The notes under the pieces: generated by a model | What the model saw: the letters and a program-made list of their open reading frames with translations, nothing else | Database searches by the model: none | What the model was told of the DNA's origin: nothing | Assembly: GCA_016703125.1 (NCBI GenBank) | Contig: JADJCR010000003.1 | Location: 129,267 to 193,266, forward strand | Direction: 5' to 3' | DNA: 64,000 bases | Source of the DNA: Micrococcales bacterium | Lineage (GTDB): Bacteria; Actinomycetota; Actinomycetes; S36-B12; UBA10799 | Translations under genes and position numbers: made by a program | In this document: one piece after another, positions 36,587 to 48,546 of the stretch | Layout of the letters: the number at the start of each line of letters is the position of its first letter | Numbering within the stretch: the stretch's first letter is position 1

Positions 36587-39210
36587 GTGCGTCTGCCACG
36601 CTTGCGTGTTGTGGACGATGTGGGGCAACGCCTGGCGGCCGCCCGGCTACCTGCCCTACGGGCGCATCAGGCCGCCTGCCTCGCGGCCTTCGACGCGGAC
36701 CCTGGTTCCGGCAGGTACCACTTCGTGCTGCCACCGGGGGCGGGCAAGACGGTGCTGGGCGCGGCAGTGGCGCAGCGGGCCGGTCGCAGGACGCTGGTGC
36801 TGGTGCCGAACACCGCGATCCAGGAGCAGTGGCTGCGCTTGTGGACCGGCGCCGGCGCGGTCACCGTCGGCGACGACCGGTCCCTGGCCAGCGATGTCAC
36901 GGTGCTGACCTACCAAGCACTGGCCACCTTCGACGACGACGCGGATCCGACGGACGAGTCGATGGTGGCGCGGTTGCACCCGAACGCGCTCGAGATCATC
37001 GACGCGCTGCACGACGGTGAGCCGTTCACGGTGGTGCTGGACGAGGCGCACCATCTGGCGCAGACCTGGGGCCGGTTGCTGGCCGAGGTGCTGCAGCAGG
37101 CGCACGCCGGGCAGCAGGAGGGCCCGGTTGTGGTGGCCCTCACCGCGACCCCGCGAGAGTCGTTGTCGCCGGCCGAGGCTGAGCTCGTGGAGACGCTGTT
37201 CGGTCCCGTGCGCTATGCGGTGAGCACCCCGGCCCTGGTGCGTGACGGGGTGCTCGCCCCGTACCGGGAACTCGCGTGGTTCGTGACCCCCACCGACGCC
37301 GAACGCGATTACCTGGCCCGGTCCGCGCAGCACTGGCAGCAACTCATCGTGGGGGTGATGGAACCCGAGTTCGCCCAGCCGGGCCTGCTGGCCTACCTCG
37401 ACCCCGCATGGGTGGCACATGAGGGCGTCTCCTGGGCGCATATCGAACGCACTCGACCGGAGTTGGCGCGGGCGCTGCTGCGAGCCTCCCACCAGGGTCT
37501 GTTGGCCCTGCCCGAAGGCGCGCGCCTGCGTGACGAGCACCGGCAGCCCGTGCAGGTCGACGACTGGGTGGAGATCCTTTCGGACTACGCGCGCACGGCC
37601 CTGGCCGGCTCGGACGCACCTGGGTCGGCCTGGCAGCAGTTGCGTGCCGCGATGTCGTCAGTCGGCTGGACCCTGACCCGCAAGGGGGCCCGGCGCGGGC
37701 AGTCTCCGGTCGACCGGGTGCTCGCCCGCAGTGCGGCCAAGGCCACGGCGGCGGGTTACCTCGTGCAGCAGGAGTACCTGGTGCGCGGTGACGACTTGCG
37801 GGCCATCGTGCTGACCGATTACGAGAACGTGGGCGCCACGGCACCGGTCGACCTGCAGCAGATCCTCACCCGGCATGCCGGGAGCGCATGGGAGGCCCTC
37901 CGGCAGGTGCAGGCATCCAACCCAGCGTTGCGCTGCGTGCTGATGACGGGGACATCTGTCGGGGGCGACCCGGACGTACTGGCCGGACTGCTGCCCCAGG
38001 GACTGACGGCGGTACCCCGCGATGACGGACTGAGCAGGGTGGAGGGCGGGTGGACGCCACGGGCGTGGGTGGCTCACCTGACGGCAGCCTTTCAAGCGGG
38101 CGAGATCGACGTGCTCGTCGGGACCCGTGGCATGTGGGGGAAGGCTGGGACGCGCCGGCCGCCAACGTCGTGGTGGACCTCACGGCCGCCACGACTGCCA
38201 CAGCGGTCGTGCAGATCCGCGGGCGGGCCATCCGCCGCGACCCGGTCCGCGCGGACAAACTCGCACACGTGTGGTCAGTGGCGGCGGTGGACGACGGGCA
38301 CCCCCGCGGGGACCTGGACTACAGGCGCCTGGTCGCCAAGCATCGCGGCTACCTGGCCCCGGATGCCCAGGGCCGGATCGTCGCCGGGGTCGCGCACCTG
38401 GATGCCCGCTGCACGCCGTTCGCCGCTCCGCCGCCGGATCAGCGCGCGGGCATCAACGCCGACGCGCTCGAGGCCGCCGGGCGCATCGCACAGTCCCGCG
38501 AGGCGTGGGCCATCGGCACGCCCTACCGGGATGTCACGGAGATCGTGGTGCGGGTGCGTGCTGCGCGCCCTGAGGCTTTGGGAGTGCCCGAGCCGTCGGT
38601 GCGCACAGGCCCGGCGTGGCCGGTTGTGGGGGTCCTCGGCGGTGGGGTCGTGGCCGCAGCGGCAGCGGTCGTGGCGCAGGCCCCGACACTGCTGACCGGC
38701 GTGGCCGCGGCTGCCGGCGCCGGTGCGGGCTGGGTCGCGCAGACAGCGGCCCGGGCCGTGCGGACCCGCCGCGTCGCCGCGGCCCTCGGTGCTGATGGCA
38801 TGCTCCTGGCCTTCGGGCGGGCGGTCGCCGGTGCCATGCAGGCGCCGGGGCAGGTACAGGTCGAACCGGATGCCTCGGGCACGTGGATGGTGCGGCTGGC
38901 GCAGGCGGCCGCAGCGGATTCCCGACGGTTCGCCACCGCGATCGAGCAGCTTCTGCAGCCGGTGGACTTCCCGCGGTACGTCGTGTCGCGGCGCCTGCCC
39001 GGCCATCGGACCGTGATGTGGCACGCGGTGCCCGACGAGTTCGGGGTCAACAAGCAGGCCGCCTCGGCCTTCTTGGTCCACTGGCAGCGGCACGTCTCGC
39101 GGGGCTCGGTGCTCTACACAGGTTCGCCCGAAGGGGCAGGGGTCGCGCAGGCCGTGCGTGGTGAGGATCCCATGGACCTGTCCACCGGGATGTATGCCGA
39201 ATGGGCCTAG
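36587..39210 (+). pseudogene. SF2 DEAH-box helicase-family protein with a large C-terminal extension, one frame shift
   Basis: Track ORF 36587..38695 (motif I PPGAGKTVLG, motif II VLDEAHHL, LTATP) continues in ORF 38050..39210 at ...VLVGTRGM|.GEGWDAPAANVVVDLTAATTATAVVQIRGRAIR (motifs V/VI). One base is missing next to 38134. Confidence 0.7.
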
Positions 39211-39303
39211 TCACGGGTGCGCGCGGGCTGTCGCGGAATGTGATCGCAGGGCCTGATGCACGCTCTCCAACCTCGTCACTGCGGCGCCCTTCGCGTCAGG
39301 TGC

Positions 39304-41466
39304 TCATTCCGGGGTCAGCCAGACCGCCCCGAGCGGCGGAACCGCCAGCCGGGCGCTGAACGGCCGACCGTGCCATTCCCACTCCTCGGCGTCGACCCCG
39401 CCGAAGTTGCCGACCCCGCTGCCGCCGTACTCCTGGGCGTCGGTGTTGACGACCTCCCGCCAGCGCCCGCCGGTGGGCAGGCCCACGCGGTAGTCGAAAT
39501 GCGGGACGGCGCTGAAGTTCACCACGCACGCCAGCAGTTCCCCGTCCTGGCCGCGGCGCAGCCAGGAGAAGGTGTTGCCCCCGGCGTCGTTGGCGTCGAT
39601 CCACTCGAAGCCGTGCGGTTCGACGTCCAGGCTCCACAAAGCGGGGTTCGACCGGTACTCGGCGTTCAGGTCGCGGACCAGGCGGGAGAGGGCGGCGTGA
39701 TCCGGCTGGTCGAGCAGCCACCAGTCCAGGCTGCGGCCCTCGGACCACTCCGACTCCTGGCCGAACTCCTGGCCCATGAACAGCAACTGCTTGCCGGGGT
39801 GGGCCCACATGTACGCGAGGAATGCGCGCAGGTTGGCACGCTTCTGCCAGTGGTCGCCCGGCATCTTCGCCAGCAGCGAACCTTTGCCGTGCACCACCTC
39901 GTCGTGGGAGATGGGCAGCACGTAGCAGTTCTCCGACCAGGCGTAGACCAAGGCGAAGGTCATCTCGTTGTGGTGCCATTGCCGGTGCACGGGTTCGCGG
40001 TGCACGTAACCCAGCGAGTCGTGCATCCAGCCCATGTTCCATTTGAGGCCGAAGCCCAGGCCGCCCAGGTGTGTGGCCCTGGTGACACCCGGCCACGCGG
40101 TCGACTCCTCGGCCACCGTGAACGCGCCCGGTTGGCGGCGGTACACCGTGGCGTTCATCTCCTGCAGGAACTGCACGGCGTCGAGGTTCTCCCGGCCGCC
40201 GTAAGCGTTGGGCGACCATTCGCCCTCGTTGCGGGAGTAGTCCAGGTACAGCATGGAGGCCACCGCATCCACCCGCAGGGCGTCGATGTGGAACTCCTCG
40301 CACCAGTACACCGCATTGGCCACGAGGAAGTTGCGGACCTCCGGGCGGCCGAAGTCGAAAACGTACGTGCCCCAGTCGGGGTGCTCTCCGCGGCGGGGGT
40401 CGGCATGCTCGTACAGCGGCGTACCGTCGAAGCGCGCGAGTGCGAACTCGTCCTTCGGGAAGTGCGCGGGGACCCAGTCGACGATGACGCCGACACCGGC
40501 CTGGTGCAACCGGTCCACAAGGTGCCGGAAGTCGTCGGGGTTGCCGAAGCGGGCGGTCGGAGCGTAGTAGGCGCTGACCTGGTAGCCCCACGAGCCTCCG
40601 AACGGGTGCTCCATGACAGGCAGTAACTCCACATGGGTGAAGCCGTGGGCGACCACGTAGTCGGTGAGTTCCTCGGCCAGCTGTTGGTAGGACAGGCCCT
40701 GCCGCCAGGAGGCGAGGTGCACCTCGCAGACGCTCATGGGTCCGGCGTGGACGGGACGGTCGGCACGATGGGTGATCCACTCGGCGTCGGCCCAGGTGTA
40801 CCCGGAGTCGAAGACGACCGAAGCGGTGGCTGGCGGCACCTCCGTGGCCTGGGCGAGCGGGTCCGCCTTCAGCCGGCGCACTCCGTCGCGGCCGATGATC
40901 TCGTACTTGTAGCGGGTGCCCGCACCGATCTCGGGGACGAAGACCTCCCACACGCCGCTGGATCCCAGCGAACGCATCGGGGTGGCGGTGCCGTTCCAGT
41001 AGTTGAAGTCACCCACCACGCGCACCCCTTGGGCGTTGGGTGCCCAGACGGCGAAGGCCACGCCGCGGATGGGTCCGTTGGGGGTCTCGTAGACGTGGAC
41101 ATGCGCCCCGAGCACTGTCCACAGTTGCTCGTGGCGGCCCTCGGAGATCAGATGCTGGTCCATCTCACCGAGGGTGGGCAGGAAGCGGTAGGGATCGTCG
41201 GCGGGGATCTTGTCACCGCCGTACGCGACGGCCAGCCGGTAGTCCGGCACGTCGGAATAGGGCACCTCGGCGACCCAGACCCCCGAGTGCTCGTGCTGCA
41301 TCGGGAACCGCTCGGCTCCGATGACCACGTCTACCTCGGTGGCATCCGGGCGCAGCACCCGGATGGTGAGGCCGTCGTCGTCGGCGTGCGGCCCCAGGAT
41401 CTGGTGCGGCTGGCTGTGCGTACCGTCGACCAGTGAGGCTAGTGCTGCAGTGTCTACCTTGATCAT
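39304..41466 (-). CDS. glgB: 1,4-alpha-glucan branching enzyme
   Basis: Track ORF trimmed to ATG 41466 ([12 protein letters not shown]...), which shares a base with the glgE stop. GH13 motifs [55 protein letters not shown]. Confidence 0.92.
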   Translation of the reverse strand: MIKVDTAALASLVDGTHSQPHQILGPHADDDGLTIRVLRPDATEVDVVIGAERFPMQHEHSGVWVAEVPYSDVPDYRLAVAYGGDKIPADDPYRFLPTLGEMDQHLISEGRHEQLWTVLGAHVHVYETPNGPIRGVAFAVWAPNAQGVRVVGDFNYWNGTATPMRSLGSSGVWEVFVPEIGAGTRYKYEIIGRDGVRRLKADPLAQATEVPPATASVVFDSGYTWADAEWITHRADRPVHAGPMSVCEVHLASWRQGLSYQQLAEELTDYVVAHGFTHVELLPVMEHPFGGSWGYQVSAYYAPTARFGNPDDFRHLVDRLHQAGVGVIVDWVPAHFPKDEFALARFDGTPLYEHADPRRGEHPDWGTYVFDFGRPEVRNFLVANAVYWCEEFHIDALRVDAVASMLYLDYSRNEGEWSPNAYGGRENLDAVQFLQEMNATVYRRQPGAFTVAEESTAWPGVTRATHLGGLGFGLKWNMGWMHDSLGYVHREPVHRQWHHNEMTFALVYAWSENCYVLPISHDEVVHGKGSLLAKMPGDHWQKRANLRAFLAYMWAHPGKQLLFMGQEFGQESEWSEGRSLDWWLLDQPDHAALSRLVRDLNAEYRSNPALWSLDVEPHGFEWIDANDAGGNTFSWLRRGQDGELLACVVNFSAVPHFDYRVGLPTGGRWREVVNTDAQEYGGSGVGNFGGVDAEEWEWHGRPFSARLAVPPLGAVWLTPE

Positions 41467-43505
41467 CAGATGACTCCCGGCCTGATCGACATGATGTGAG
41501 CGCACGACAAGTGGGGGTCGAGTCGCACGAAGTTGGTTGCGGACCACGAGAAACTCTGTCCGCTGATGAGATCCTGCGCCACGAAGCGGTCGTGCCAGTC
41601 GAAGCCGAGCGCCGGCATGTCCAGGTGCAGCGTCGCCTCCCGCGGGCCGAACGGGTCGAGCGTCACGACGACGATGACGGTGTCGTCACCGTCACGCTTG
41701 CTGTACGCGATCATGCGGTCGCTGTCGATCTGGTGGAACACGATGTGCCGCAGCTGTTGCAGGCCGCGGTGCTTGCGCCGGATGTCGTTGAGCAGCGTGA
41801 GGTACGGGGCCAGCGATGTGCCGCCGGTTTCCGCCGCCTGCCAGTCCCGGGGGCGGTACTGGTACTTCTCGGAATCCAGGTATTCCTCGCTGCCCGGGCG
41901 CACTGCGACGTGCTCGAACAATTCGTAGCCGCTGTAGACGCCCCAGGTCGGCGACATGGTGGCCGCCAGGGTGGCGCGGATGGCGAAGGCAGCCGGCCCG
42001 CCGTACTGCAGATACGCGTGCAGGATGTCAGGGGTGTTCACGAAGAAGTTGGGGCGCATGTACGCAGACGACGGGCCGCTGAGCTCCCGCAGGTACTCCT
42101 CGAGTTCCCACTTGTCGGTGCGCCAGGTGAAGTACGTATAGGACTGGTCGAAGCCGACCTCGGCCAGTGCGCGCATCATCGGGGGGCGGGTGAACGCCTC
42201 TGCCAGGAACAGCACGTCGGGATCGGTGCGCTTGATCTCGTGCAGGACGTGGTCCCAGAAGCGCACAGGTTTGGTGTGCGGGTTGTCGACACGGAAGATC
42301 CGCACGCCGTGAGCCATCCAGAACCGGATGACCCGCAGCACCTCGGCGGTGAGGCCGGCCGGGTCGCCGTCGAACCACATGGGGTAGATGTCCTGGTACT
42401 TCTTCGGTGGGTTCTCGGCGTACGCGATCGTGCCGTCGGCGCGGACGGTGAACCAGGGCTTGCCGGCCGTGGGCCACGGGTGGTCCGGAGCCACCTGCAG
42501 CGCGAGGTCCAGCGCCACTTCCATCCCGAGTTCCTCGGTGCGAGCCACGAACCGGTCGAAGTCGTCGATCGTCCCCAGGTCCGCGTGGACCGCGTCGTGC
42601 CCGCCTTGCGCCGAACCGATCGCCCAGGGAGAGCCGGGGTCCCCGGGGCCGGGGGTGAGGGTGTTGTTCGGACCCTTGCGGTTCACTGTCCCGATCGGGT
42701 GGATCGGTGGCAGGTAGACCACGTCGAAGCCCATGGCGGCGATGGCCGGCAGGCGCTTCTGCGCGTCAGCGAACGTGCCGCTGGCCGGTGGGTCCAGGGT
42801 GGCGCCTTCGCTGCGGGGGAAGAACTCGTACCAGGATCCGAAGAGCGCCCGGCGCCTAACCGCCTGCACCGGCCAGGGCCCGCACGGCGACTCCAGGTCC
42901 CGGATGGGGTGCTCGCGCAGCATCTTCCACAGCGTCGGGTCGAGGCCGGCGGCGAGCCTGCGGGCCGGCGACATGCTCACGTCGCGCAGCCCGGCGATGG
43001 CCTTGCTGATCAGGGTCTGGTCGGGCACGTCAGCGCGTGAGAGGATGCGTGCGCCCTCCTCGAGTTCGAGTTCCACATCCACGCCCACGGGGATCTTCAC
43101 TTCAGCGCGATGCCGCCAGGTGCTCAGGATGTCGGCGTAGGCCACGATCGTGAACGTCCATGCTCCCTCGGTGTTGGGCCGGAAGTTGCCATCCCACACG
43201 TCGGTGCCGTTGTCGCGCGAGATCATCGGCACGCGCACCGAACGGCCCTGCGGATCGGTGGCCACGAGGTCCACGCCGATCGTGTCGTGCCCCTCGCGGA
43301 AGGCCACGCAGTTGACCATGACCATCTCCCCGACGACGGCCTTCACCGGCCGGCGGCCACCCTCGACCCGCGGCCAGACGTCGAGTACGGGGAAGCGGCC
43401 GGTGAGCGTCTCCGGCGGCGTGAGGTTGTGCGAGGGCAGGGTGTTCCAGTAGTCGACGGCGGCCGCCGATGGCGCACCCGAGCCTGCTGTGGAGTTGTCG
43501 CTCAC
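41466..43505 (-). CDS. glgE: alpha-1,4-glucan:maltose-1-phosphate maltosyltransferase
   Basis: 679 aa. [25 protein letters not shown]-terminus, [33 protein letters not shown]. Classic glgE-glgB arrangement. Confidence 0.9.
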   Translation of the reverse strand: MSDNSTAGSGAPSAAAVDYWNTLPSHNLTPPETLTGRFPVLDVWPRVEGGRRPVKAVVGEMVMVNCVAFREGHDTIGVDLVATDPQGRSVRVPMISRDNGTDVWDGNFRPNTEGAWTFTIVAYADILSTWRHRAEVKIPVGVDVELELEEGARILSRADVPDQTLISKAIAGLRDVSMSPARRLAAGLDPTLWKMLREHPIRDLESPCGPWPVQAVRRRALFGSWYEFFPRSEGATLDPPASGTFADAQKRLPAIAAMGFDVVYLPPIHPIGTVNRKGPNNTLTPGPGDPGSPWAIGSAQGGHDAVHADLGTIDDFDRFVARTEELGMEVALDLALQVAPDHPWPTAGKPWFTVRADGTIAYAENPPKKYQDIYPMWFDGDPAGLTAEVLRVIRFWMAHGVRIFRVDNPHTKPVRFWDHVLHEIKRTDPDVLFLAEAFTRPPMMRALAEVGFDQSYTYFTWRTDKWELEEYLRELSGPSSAYMRPNFFVNTPDILHAYLQYGGPAAFAIRATLAATMSPTWGVYSGYELFEHVAVRPGSEEYLDSEKYQYRPRDWQAAETGGTSLAPYLTLLNDIRRKHRGLQQLRHIVFHQIDSDRMIAYSKRDGDDTVIVVVTLDPFGPREATLHLDMPALGFDWHDRFVAQDLISGQSFSWSATNFVRLDPHLSCAHIMSIRPGVI

Positions 43506-43756
43506 GGATTCGACGGTAGTCGCTGCGAGCGACGGATGGCGCGGCGCGTCCGTCCGGGGAGGCGGCGCCTGGCCCCGGTTGCGATCAGAAGATGGCGCGG
43601 GGTCGAATCCGTCCGATGTCGCGTTCTTGCGGTCTCAGCGCGGCAAAGCCGGCACACGATCAGCCCCACGCGGGTGACAGCTTCGTGACGGCTTTCAGTC
43701 GTGGCTGCTGACTGCTTCAGGTGTAGTATCGGCCGAACCGGTGCGAGGAGTGGGCC

Positions 43757-44719
43757 ATGACAGCTAGAGCAACGATCGTCATTGCGACCGCGGCGGCCCT
43801 CACTTCGGCTCCGGTGGTGCTGGGGGCGCCTGCTCAGGCGGCGGAGGGCCGTCCGGCGACAGTCCAGGCCAAGAATGATCTGGCCCCGCTGCTCAAGACC
43901 AGGCAGTTGATCGCGGGGGACACCTGGCGCCAGACCGTGCGGGTCAAGGGCTACCGACAGATCAAGCTTCAGGTCAGGTCCGGCGGTGGGCCGTTCCGGA
44001 CCGTCAAGTCCTACAAGGTGCCGAAGAACGGGAAGGTCAAGTTGTCCCGCACCTTCGCGACCCCCGGGCAGTACTCCTTGCGCAGCATCGCGGTACCCGA
44101 CGGTGCGGGGCGCGATGTGAAGTCGCGGCCGGTCATCATCACGGTGTTCGCGAGGCAGTACCAAGGGAGTTTCGGCGGGGAACAGAACTCCGGCACGTCG
44201 TGGAACGGATCCATCACGTACCAGTACCAGGAGCGCGACCCCATCATCAACACCCGGTGGAACGACGGCGCGATCCACTACACAGGCATCGCGGGCTCGG
44301 TGACGTGGAACTACGACGCCTCCGTGCTCAACGGCGGGATCCGGCGCAACTGTTCAACGGCGCAGAGCAGCGGACAGTTGGACGTCAGCACCTTGGATGC
44401 GACGATGACCGTCGACCAGAAGACGGATGATACGTACAAGGGCCGCAGGTACGACCTGAACGTGTCCGTGTCCCCGACGCCGCGGATCTCCTACACCTGC
44501 GAGTACTTCGATGGTGAGTTCTGGGTGGCCGAGACGCGCGAAGCGGGCCTGACGTTCGGGCCGAACCTGGGGGATCTGTTGACGAACGGCCTCAGCGTCG
44601 ATGCGACCGGAGTCGCTGGCCGTTACACCAAGAGTCTGGCCGCGCCCCTGGTCGGCGACATCAACCGCCCGCCGGAGGCCGTGACGAACCGGTGGTACTG
44701 GAACCTCACGGCCGGCTGA
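43757..44719 (+). CDS. secreted protein of unknown function
   Basis: 320 aa. Signal peptide MTARATIVIATAAALTSAPVVLGAPAQA|AEG. GAGGAG lies upstream. An Ig-like first half (KLQVRSGGGPFRTVKSYKVPKNGKVKL...YSLRSIAV) is followed by a Ser/Thr/Asn/Tyr/Trp-rich second half. I recognise no family. Confidence 0.6.
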   Translation: MTARATIVIATAAALTSAPVVLGAPAQAAEGRPATVQAKNDLAPLLKTRQLIAGDTWRQTVRVKGYRQIKLQVRSGGGPFRTVKSYKVPKNGKVKLSRTFATPGQYSLRSIAVPDGAGRDVKSRPVIITVFARQYQGSFGGEQNSGTSWNGSITYQYQERDPIINTRWNDGAIHYTGIAGSVTWNYDASVLNGGIRRNCSTAQSSGQLDVSTLDATMTVDQKTDDTYKGRRYDLNVSVSPTPRISYTCEYFDGEFWVAETREAGLTFGPNLGDLLTNGLSVDATGVAGRYTKSLAAPLVGDINRPPEAVTNRWYWNLTAG

Positions 44720-44722
44720 GGT

Positions 44723-46726
44723 CTACTCGTCCTCGGGGAGCACCTCGGCGACCACGATCGAGTAGCAAGGAACTCTCACCCCGGCGGAGGGGTCGACGCC
44801 GGTCAGTGTCACGTCCTCGCTGGCGAGCACCACCCGCGCGGGCATGGGGAAGATCATCTCGACGATCTCCGGGCCCGTGTTCAGGCACAGCAGGACCGAC
44901 GGCTCGCCCTTGAACATGGCCTGCACCACCCGGACGTCGGGGTCGTTCCACTGCTCGGAGGTGAGCACCGTGCCCTCCTCGTTGAACCAGTGGAGATCCT
45001 CCGGGGAGGGGTGCACGCTGGGTCGCAGCACGGCGTAGCGATCACGGATCCGGAGCAGCAGCTTCGTCCAGTCGATGAGTCCGCGGTCCAGGTTCTCCCA
45101 GTCCGTCCAGGACAACTCGTTGTCCTGGCAGTACACGTTGTTGTTCCCCTGCTGGGTGCGTCCGGCCTCGTCGCCGGACAGGATCATCGGGGTGCCCGCG
45201 GACAACAGCAGCGTGGCCAGCAACGACCGTTGCCGGGCCCGGCGGTTGGCCAGCACATCGGGGTCGTCGGTCGGGCCCTCCGCGCCGCCGTTCCAGCTGC
45301 GGTTGTCGTTGCTGCCGTCGTTGTTGTCCTCGCCGTTGGCCTCGTTGTGCTTGTCGTTGTACGAGACCAGGTCGGCCAGGGTGAAACCGTCATGGGCGGT
45401 GATGAAGTTCACCGAGTGGTAGGGGCGCCGCCCGTTGTGGGCGAACCGGTCGGCCGAGCCGGTCAGCCTCGCGCCGAGTTCCGACAGCGAGCCGATGGAG
45501 CGCCACGTGTCGCGCACAGTGCCACGGAAGACGTCGTTCCATTCGGCCCAGGGTCCGGGGAAGCTACCGGCCTGGTACCCACCGATGCCGATGTCCCAGG
45601 GCTCGGCGATCAATTTGACCTGTGACAGCACCGGGTCGGCGGCCATGGCCGACAGGACGGGGGCCCAGGTCGTGACCATGGCCGAGGTCCGGGCGAGTGT
45701 GGAGGCCAGGTCGAAGCGGAAGCCGTCGACGTGCAGGTCCGTCACCCAGTAACGCAGCGACGACAGGATCAGCTCGACCATGCGTGGCGACTCCGCCCGG
45801 ATGGCGTTGCCACACCCGGTCGGGTTGTCGTACATCCCGCCGTCGAGCATCCAGTAGGTGTCGGCGTTGGCCGCGCCCTTCCACGCCAGCGTGGGTCCGA
45901 GGTGGTCGCCCTCGGCGGTGTGGTTGTAGACGACGTCGATGATGACCTCGAGCCCGGCGGCGTGCAGCGTGTCGACCATGTCCCGGAACTCCGCGATCTG
46001 CTCCCCGCGCTCACCGGCGGCGGAGTACGCGGCGTGGGGCGCGAAGAAGCCCACGGGGTTGTACCCCCAGTAGTTCGTGCGCCCGCTGCCGAGCAGCAGC
46101 GGCTCGGGTACGAAGTGCTGTACGGGCAGCAACTCGATACTGGTGACGCCGAGGTCCTTCAGGTACTCCACGACCGGCGGTTGGGCCAGCCCGGCGTAGG
46201 TCCCGCGCAGTTCCTCGGGGACCTCCGGGTGGAGTTTCGTGAAGCCCTTGACGTGGGTCTCGTAGATGACCGTGCGGTCCCACGGGATGCGCGGCGGGGA
46301 GTTCGGGCTCGGCGCGAGCGGTGGCACGTACACGCTGTGCGGGACGTAAGGGGCCGAGTCGGTGTCGTCGATCAGGTCCGGATCCTGCATCTGGTAGGAG
46401 TGGATCGCGTCGTTGACCTGTAACTCGCCGGTGATGGCCAGGGCGTACGGGTCGAGCAGGAGTTTGGCCGGGTTCAGCCGCAGGCCGAACTCCGGCTCCC
46501 AGGGTCCGGTCACCCGAAATCCGTAGGTGGTGCCGGTGGGCGGGGCGGGAAGCTCAGCGGTCCAGTGCCCGTACGGGCCGGGGGCGAGGTCGACGTGGTC
46601 GCCGGACTCCAGGAACTCGAGGGTCACACTCTGGGCGGCGGGGGCGAAGTGGTTGACGGTCGCCCCTCCCGGGTTGTCCGGATCCGGACGCAAGCCCATC
46701 GGCGGCAGACCCTCAGGCGTTCGCAT
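44723..46726 (-). CDS. glgX: glycogen debranching enzyme GlgX
   Basis: Track ORF 44723..47131 trimmed to ATG 46726. GH13 motifs YWGYNPVGFFAPH, LEVIIDVVYNHT, VDGFRFDLAS, LIAEPWD, FITAHDGFTL. Confidence 0.9.
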   Translation of the reverse strand: MRTPEGLPPMGLRPDPDNPGGATVNHFAPAAQSVTLEFLESGDHVDLAPGPYGHWTAELPAPPTGTTYGFRVTGPWEPEFGLRLNPAKLLLDPYALAITGELQVNDAIHSYQMQDPDLIDDTDSAPYVPHSVYVPPLAPSPNSPPRIPWDRTVIYETHVKGFTKLHPEVPEELRGTYAGLAQPPVVEYLKDLGVTSIELLPVQHFVPEPLLLGSGRTNYWGYNPVGFFAPHAAYSAAGERGEQIAEFRDMVDTLHAAGLEVIIDVVYNHTAEGDHLGPTLAWKGAANADTYWMLDGGMYDNPTGCGNAIRAESPRMVELILSSLRYWVTDLHVDGFRFDLASTLARTSAMVTTWAPVLSAMAADPVLSQVKLIAEPWDIGIGGYQAGSFPGPWAEWNDVFRGTVRDTWRSIGSLSELGARLTGSADRFAHNGRRPYHSVNFITAHDGFTLADLVSYNDKHNEANGEDNNDGSNDNRSWNGGAEGPTDDPDVLANRRARQRSLLATLLLSAGTPMILSGDEAGRTQQGNNNVYCQDNELSWTDWENLDRGLIDWTKLLLRIRDRYAVLRPSVHPSPEDLHWFNEEGTVLTSEQWNDPDVRVVQAMFKGEPSVLLCLNTGPEIVEMIFPMPARVVLASEDVTLTGVDPSAGVRVPCYSIVVAEVLPEDE

Positions 46727-46805
46727 CTTCCTCCTGTCGACAGACCTCCCGACGGTGAGGTCTGTGTGTGAGGTTAGCCTGCCGTCGTGGACGAAGGAGA
46801 CGGAC

Positions 46806-47606
46806 GTGGGCAATGAAGGCACCGGCGGTACTGGGTACGTGACCCTCGAAGTGGTCGACGGGGTGGGCGTGCTGACGCTCGCGCGGCCTCCCATGAATGC
46901 GCTGTCCGTGGCGGTGCAGCAGCAGATCGCAGCGGCCGCCCGGGAGGCCGACCAGCGCCGGGACGTGGCCGCGCTCGTGGTGTATGGCGGCCCGAAGGTG
47001 TTCGCGGCGGGCGCCGACGTCAAGGAGATGGCCGACTGGGACCACCAGACCACGGTGGAGCGCTCCCCGGCCCTGCAGGCGGCGTTCACCGCCCTCGCCG
47101 AGGTCGGCAAGCCCACGATCGCCGCCATCACCGGCTACGCCCTCGGCGGTGGCCTGGAACTGGCGCTGTGCTGTGACTTCCGGGTGTGCGCAGACAGCGC
47201 CAAACTCGGCCTGCCGGAGATCCAGTTGGGCATCATCCCGGGCGCCGGCGGCACGCAGCGCCTCCCGCGACTCGTGGGCCCGGCCCGCGCCAAGGAGATG
47301 ATCTTCTCCGGGCGCCACGTGAAGGCCGACGAGGCGCAGCGCATAGGACTGGTGGACCTCGTGGTCCCGGCGGATGCGGTCCACGACGAAGCCATGACCT
47401 GGGCGCGACGTTACGTGGGCGGTCCGGCGATGGCGCTGCGGGCGGCGAAGACCGCCGTGGACCGCGGGATCGAGGTCGACCTCTGCAGTGGCCTGGAGTT
47501 GGAGCGCCAGCAGTTCGCCGGGCTGTTCGCCACGCACGACCGCACCGTCGGCATGGGTACGTTCCTGGAATCCGGACCCGGCCAGGCCCGATTCGAAGGA
47601 CGATGA
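46806..47606 (+). CDS. enoyl-CoA hydratase/isomerase family protein
   Basis: GTG 46806 is preceded by AAGGAG (46794-46799). ...FAAGADVKEM..., ITGYALGGGLELALCCDFRV, GIIPGAGGTQRLPRLVG. Confidence 0.85.
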   Translation: MGNEGTGGTGYVTLEVVDGVGVLTLARPPMNALSVAVQQQIAAAAREADQRRDVAALVVYGGPKVFAAGADVKEMADWDHQTTVERSPALQAAFTALAEVGKPTIAAITGYALGGGLELALCCDFRVCADSAKLGLPEIQLGIIPGAGGTQRLPRLVGPARAKEMIFSGRHVKADEAQRIGLVDLVVPADAVHDEAMTWARRYVGGPAMALRAAKTAVDRGIEVDLCSGLELERQQFAGLFATHDRTVGMGTFLESGPGQARFEGR

Positions 47607-47609
47607 AGC

Positions 47610-48546
47610 ATGACCCCACCCACCTCTGAGCAGATCCAGCAGGCCTGGGACGACCCGAAACTGGCCAACCTCCTCTACCACGACTGGGAGGCCGACAGTT
47701 ACGACGACAAGTGGTCGATCTCCTTCGACGAGCGCTGCATCACCTACGCGACGGACCGCTTCCGCAACGTCGCCGGCGAGGATGCCTGGCCGTACGGCAG
47801 CGCGCTGGAGCTGGGCTGCGGGACGGGCTTCTTCCTGCTGAACCTCAAGCTCGGCGGCGTGCTGGACGAGGGCCACGTCACCGATCTGTCCCCGGGTATG
47901 GTCGACGTCGCCAAGCGCAACGGTGCCCACCTGGGCTTCGACGTCGAGGGCCGGGTCGCCGACGCCGAGACGCTGCCGTATCCCGACGAGAGTTTCGACC
48001 TGGTGATCGGGCACGCGGTGCTGCACCACATCCCGGACCTCGACCAGGCCATGCGCGAGGTCTTGCGCGTGCTCAAGCCCGGGGGCCGGTTCGTGTTCGC
48101 CGGCGAGCCGACCGCAAAGGGGGACATCGTGGCGCGCCGGCTGTCGCACCTGACGTGGAACGTCGCCAAACGGATCACCCACCTGCCCGGCCTGCGCGAC
48201 AAGTACGCCAAGACGGATGCGGAACTCGACGAGTCGTCGCGGGCAGCGGTACTCGAGGCAGTGGTGGACATCCACACCTTCGACCCGGCCGAACTGCGGC
48301 GGCTGTGCGCGCGTGCGGGTGCCATCGACGTGCGGACCGTGACCGAGGAGCTGACCGCCTCCTGGTTCGGCTGGCCCGTGCGCACGGTCGAGGCCGCGGT
48401 GAAACCCGGCTCGCTGGGCTTCCGGGCGGGCGTACTTCGCCTACGGGACGTGGCTGGCCCTGTCGGCACTGGACGCCAAGGTCATGACCAGGATCGTGCC
48501 CGCGCAGTACTTCTACAACGTGAGTGTCACCGGAACCAAGGCGTGA
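47610..48546 (+). pseudogene. class I SAM-dependent methyltransferase (Rv3037c/Rv3038c-like position), one frame shift near the C-terminus
   Basis: LELGCGTGFFLLNL, VLKPGGRFVFAGEP. After about 48424-48430 the true frame continues AYFAYGTWLALSALDAKVMTRIVPAQYFYNVSVTGTKA* with its stop at 48544-48546. The track instead reads through and fuses it to the next gene. Confidence 0.7.

Noticed and set aside
43505-43756. An 11-nt inverted repeat (cggattcgacg at ~43505 and its complement at ~43600) and small hairpins upstream of glgE / the secreted-protein gene, considered as a regulatory RNA.
   Set aside because: The arms are short and about 85 nt apart, with no supporting conservation visible. At this G+C content, matches of this size are expected by chance.
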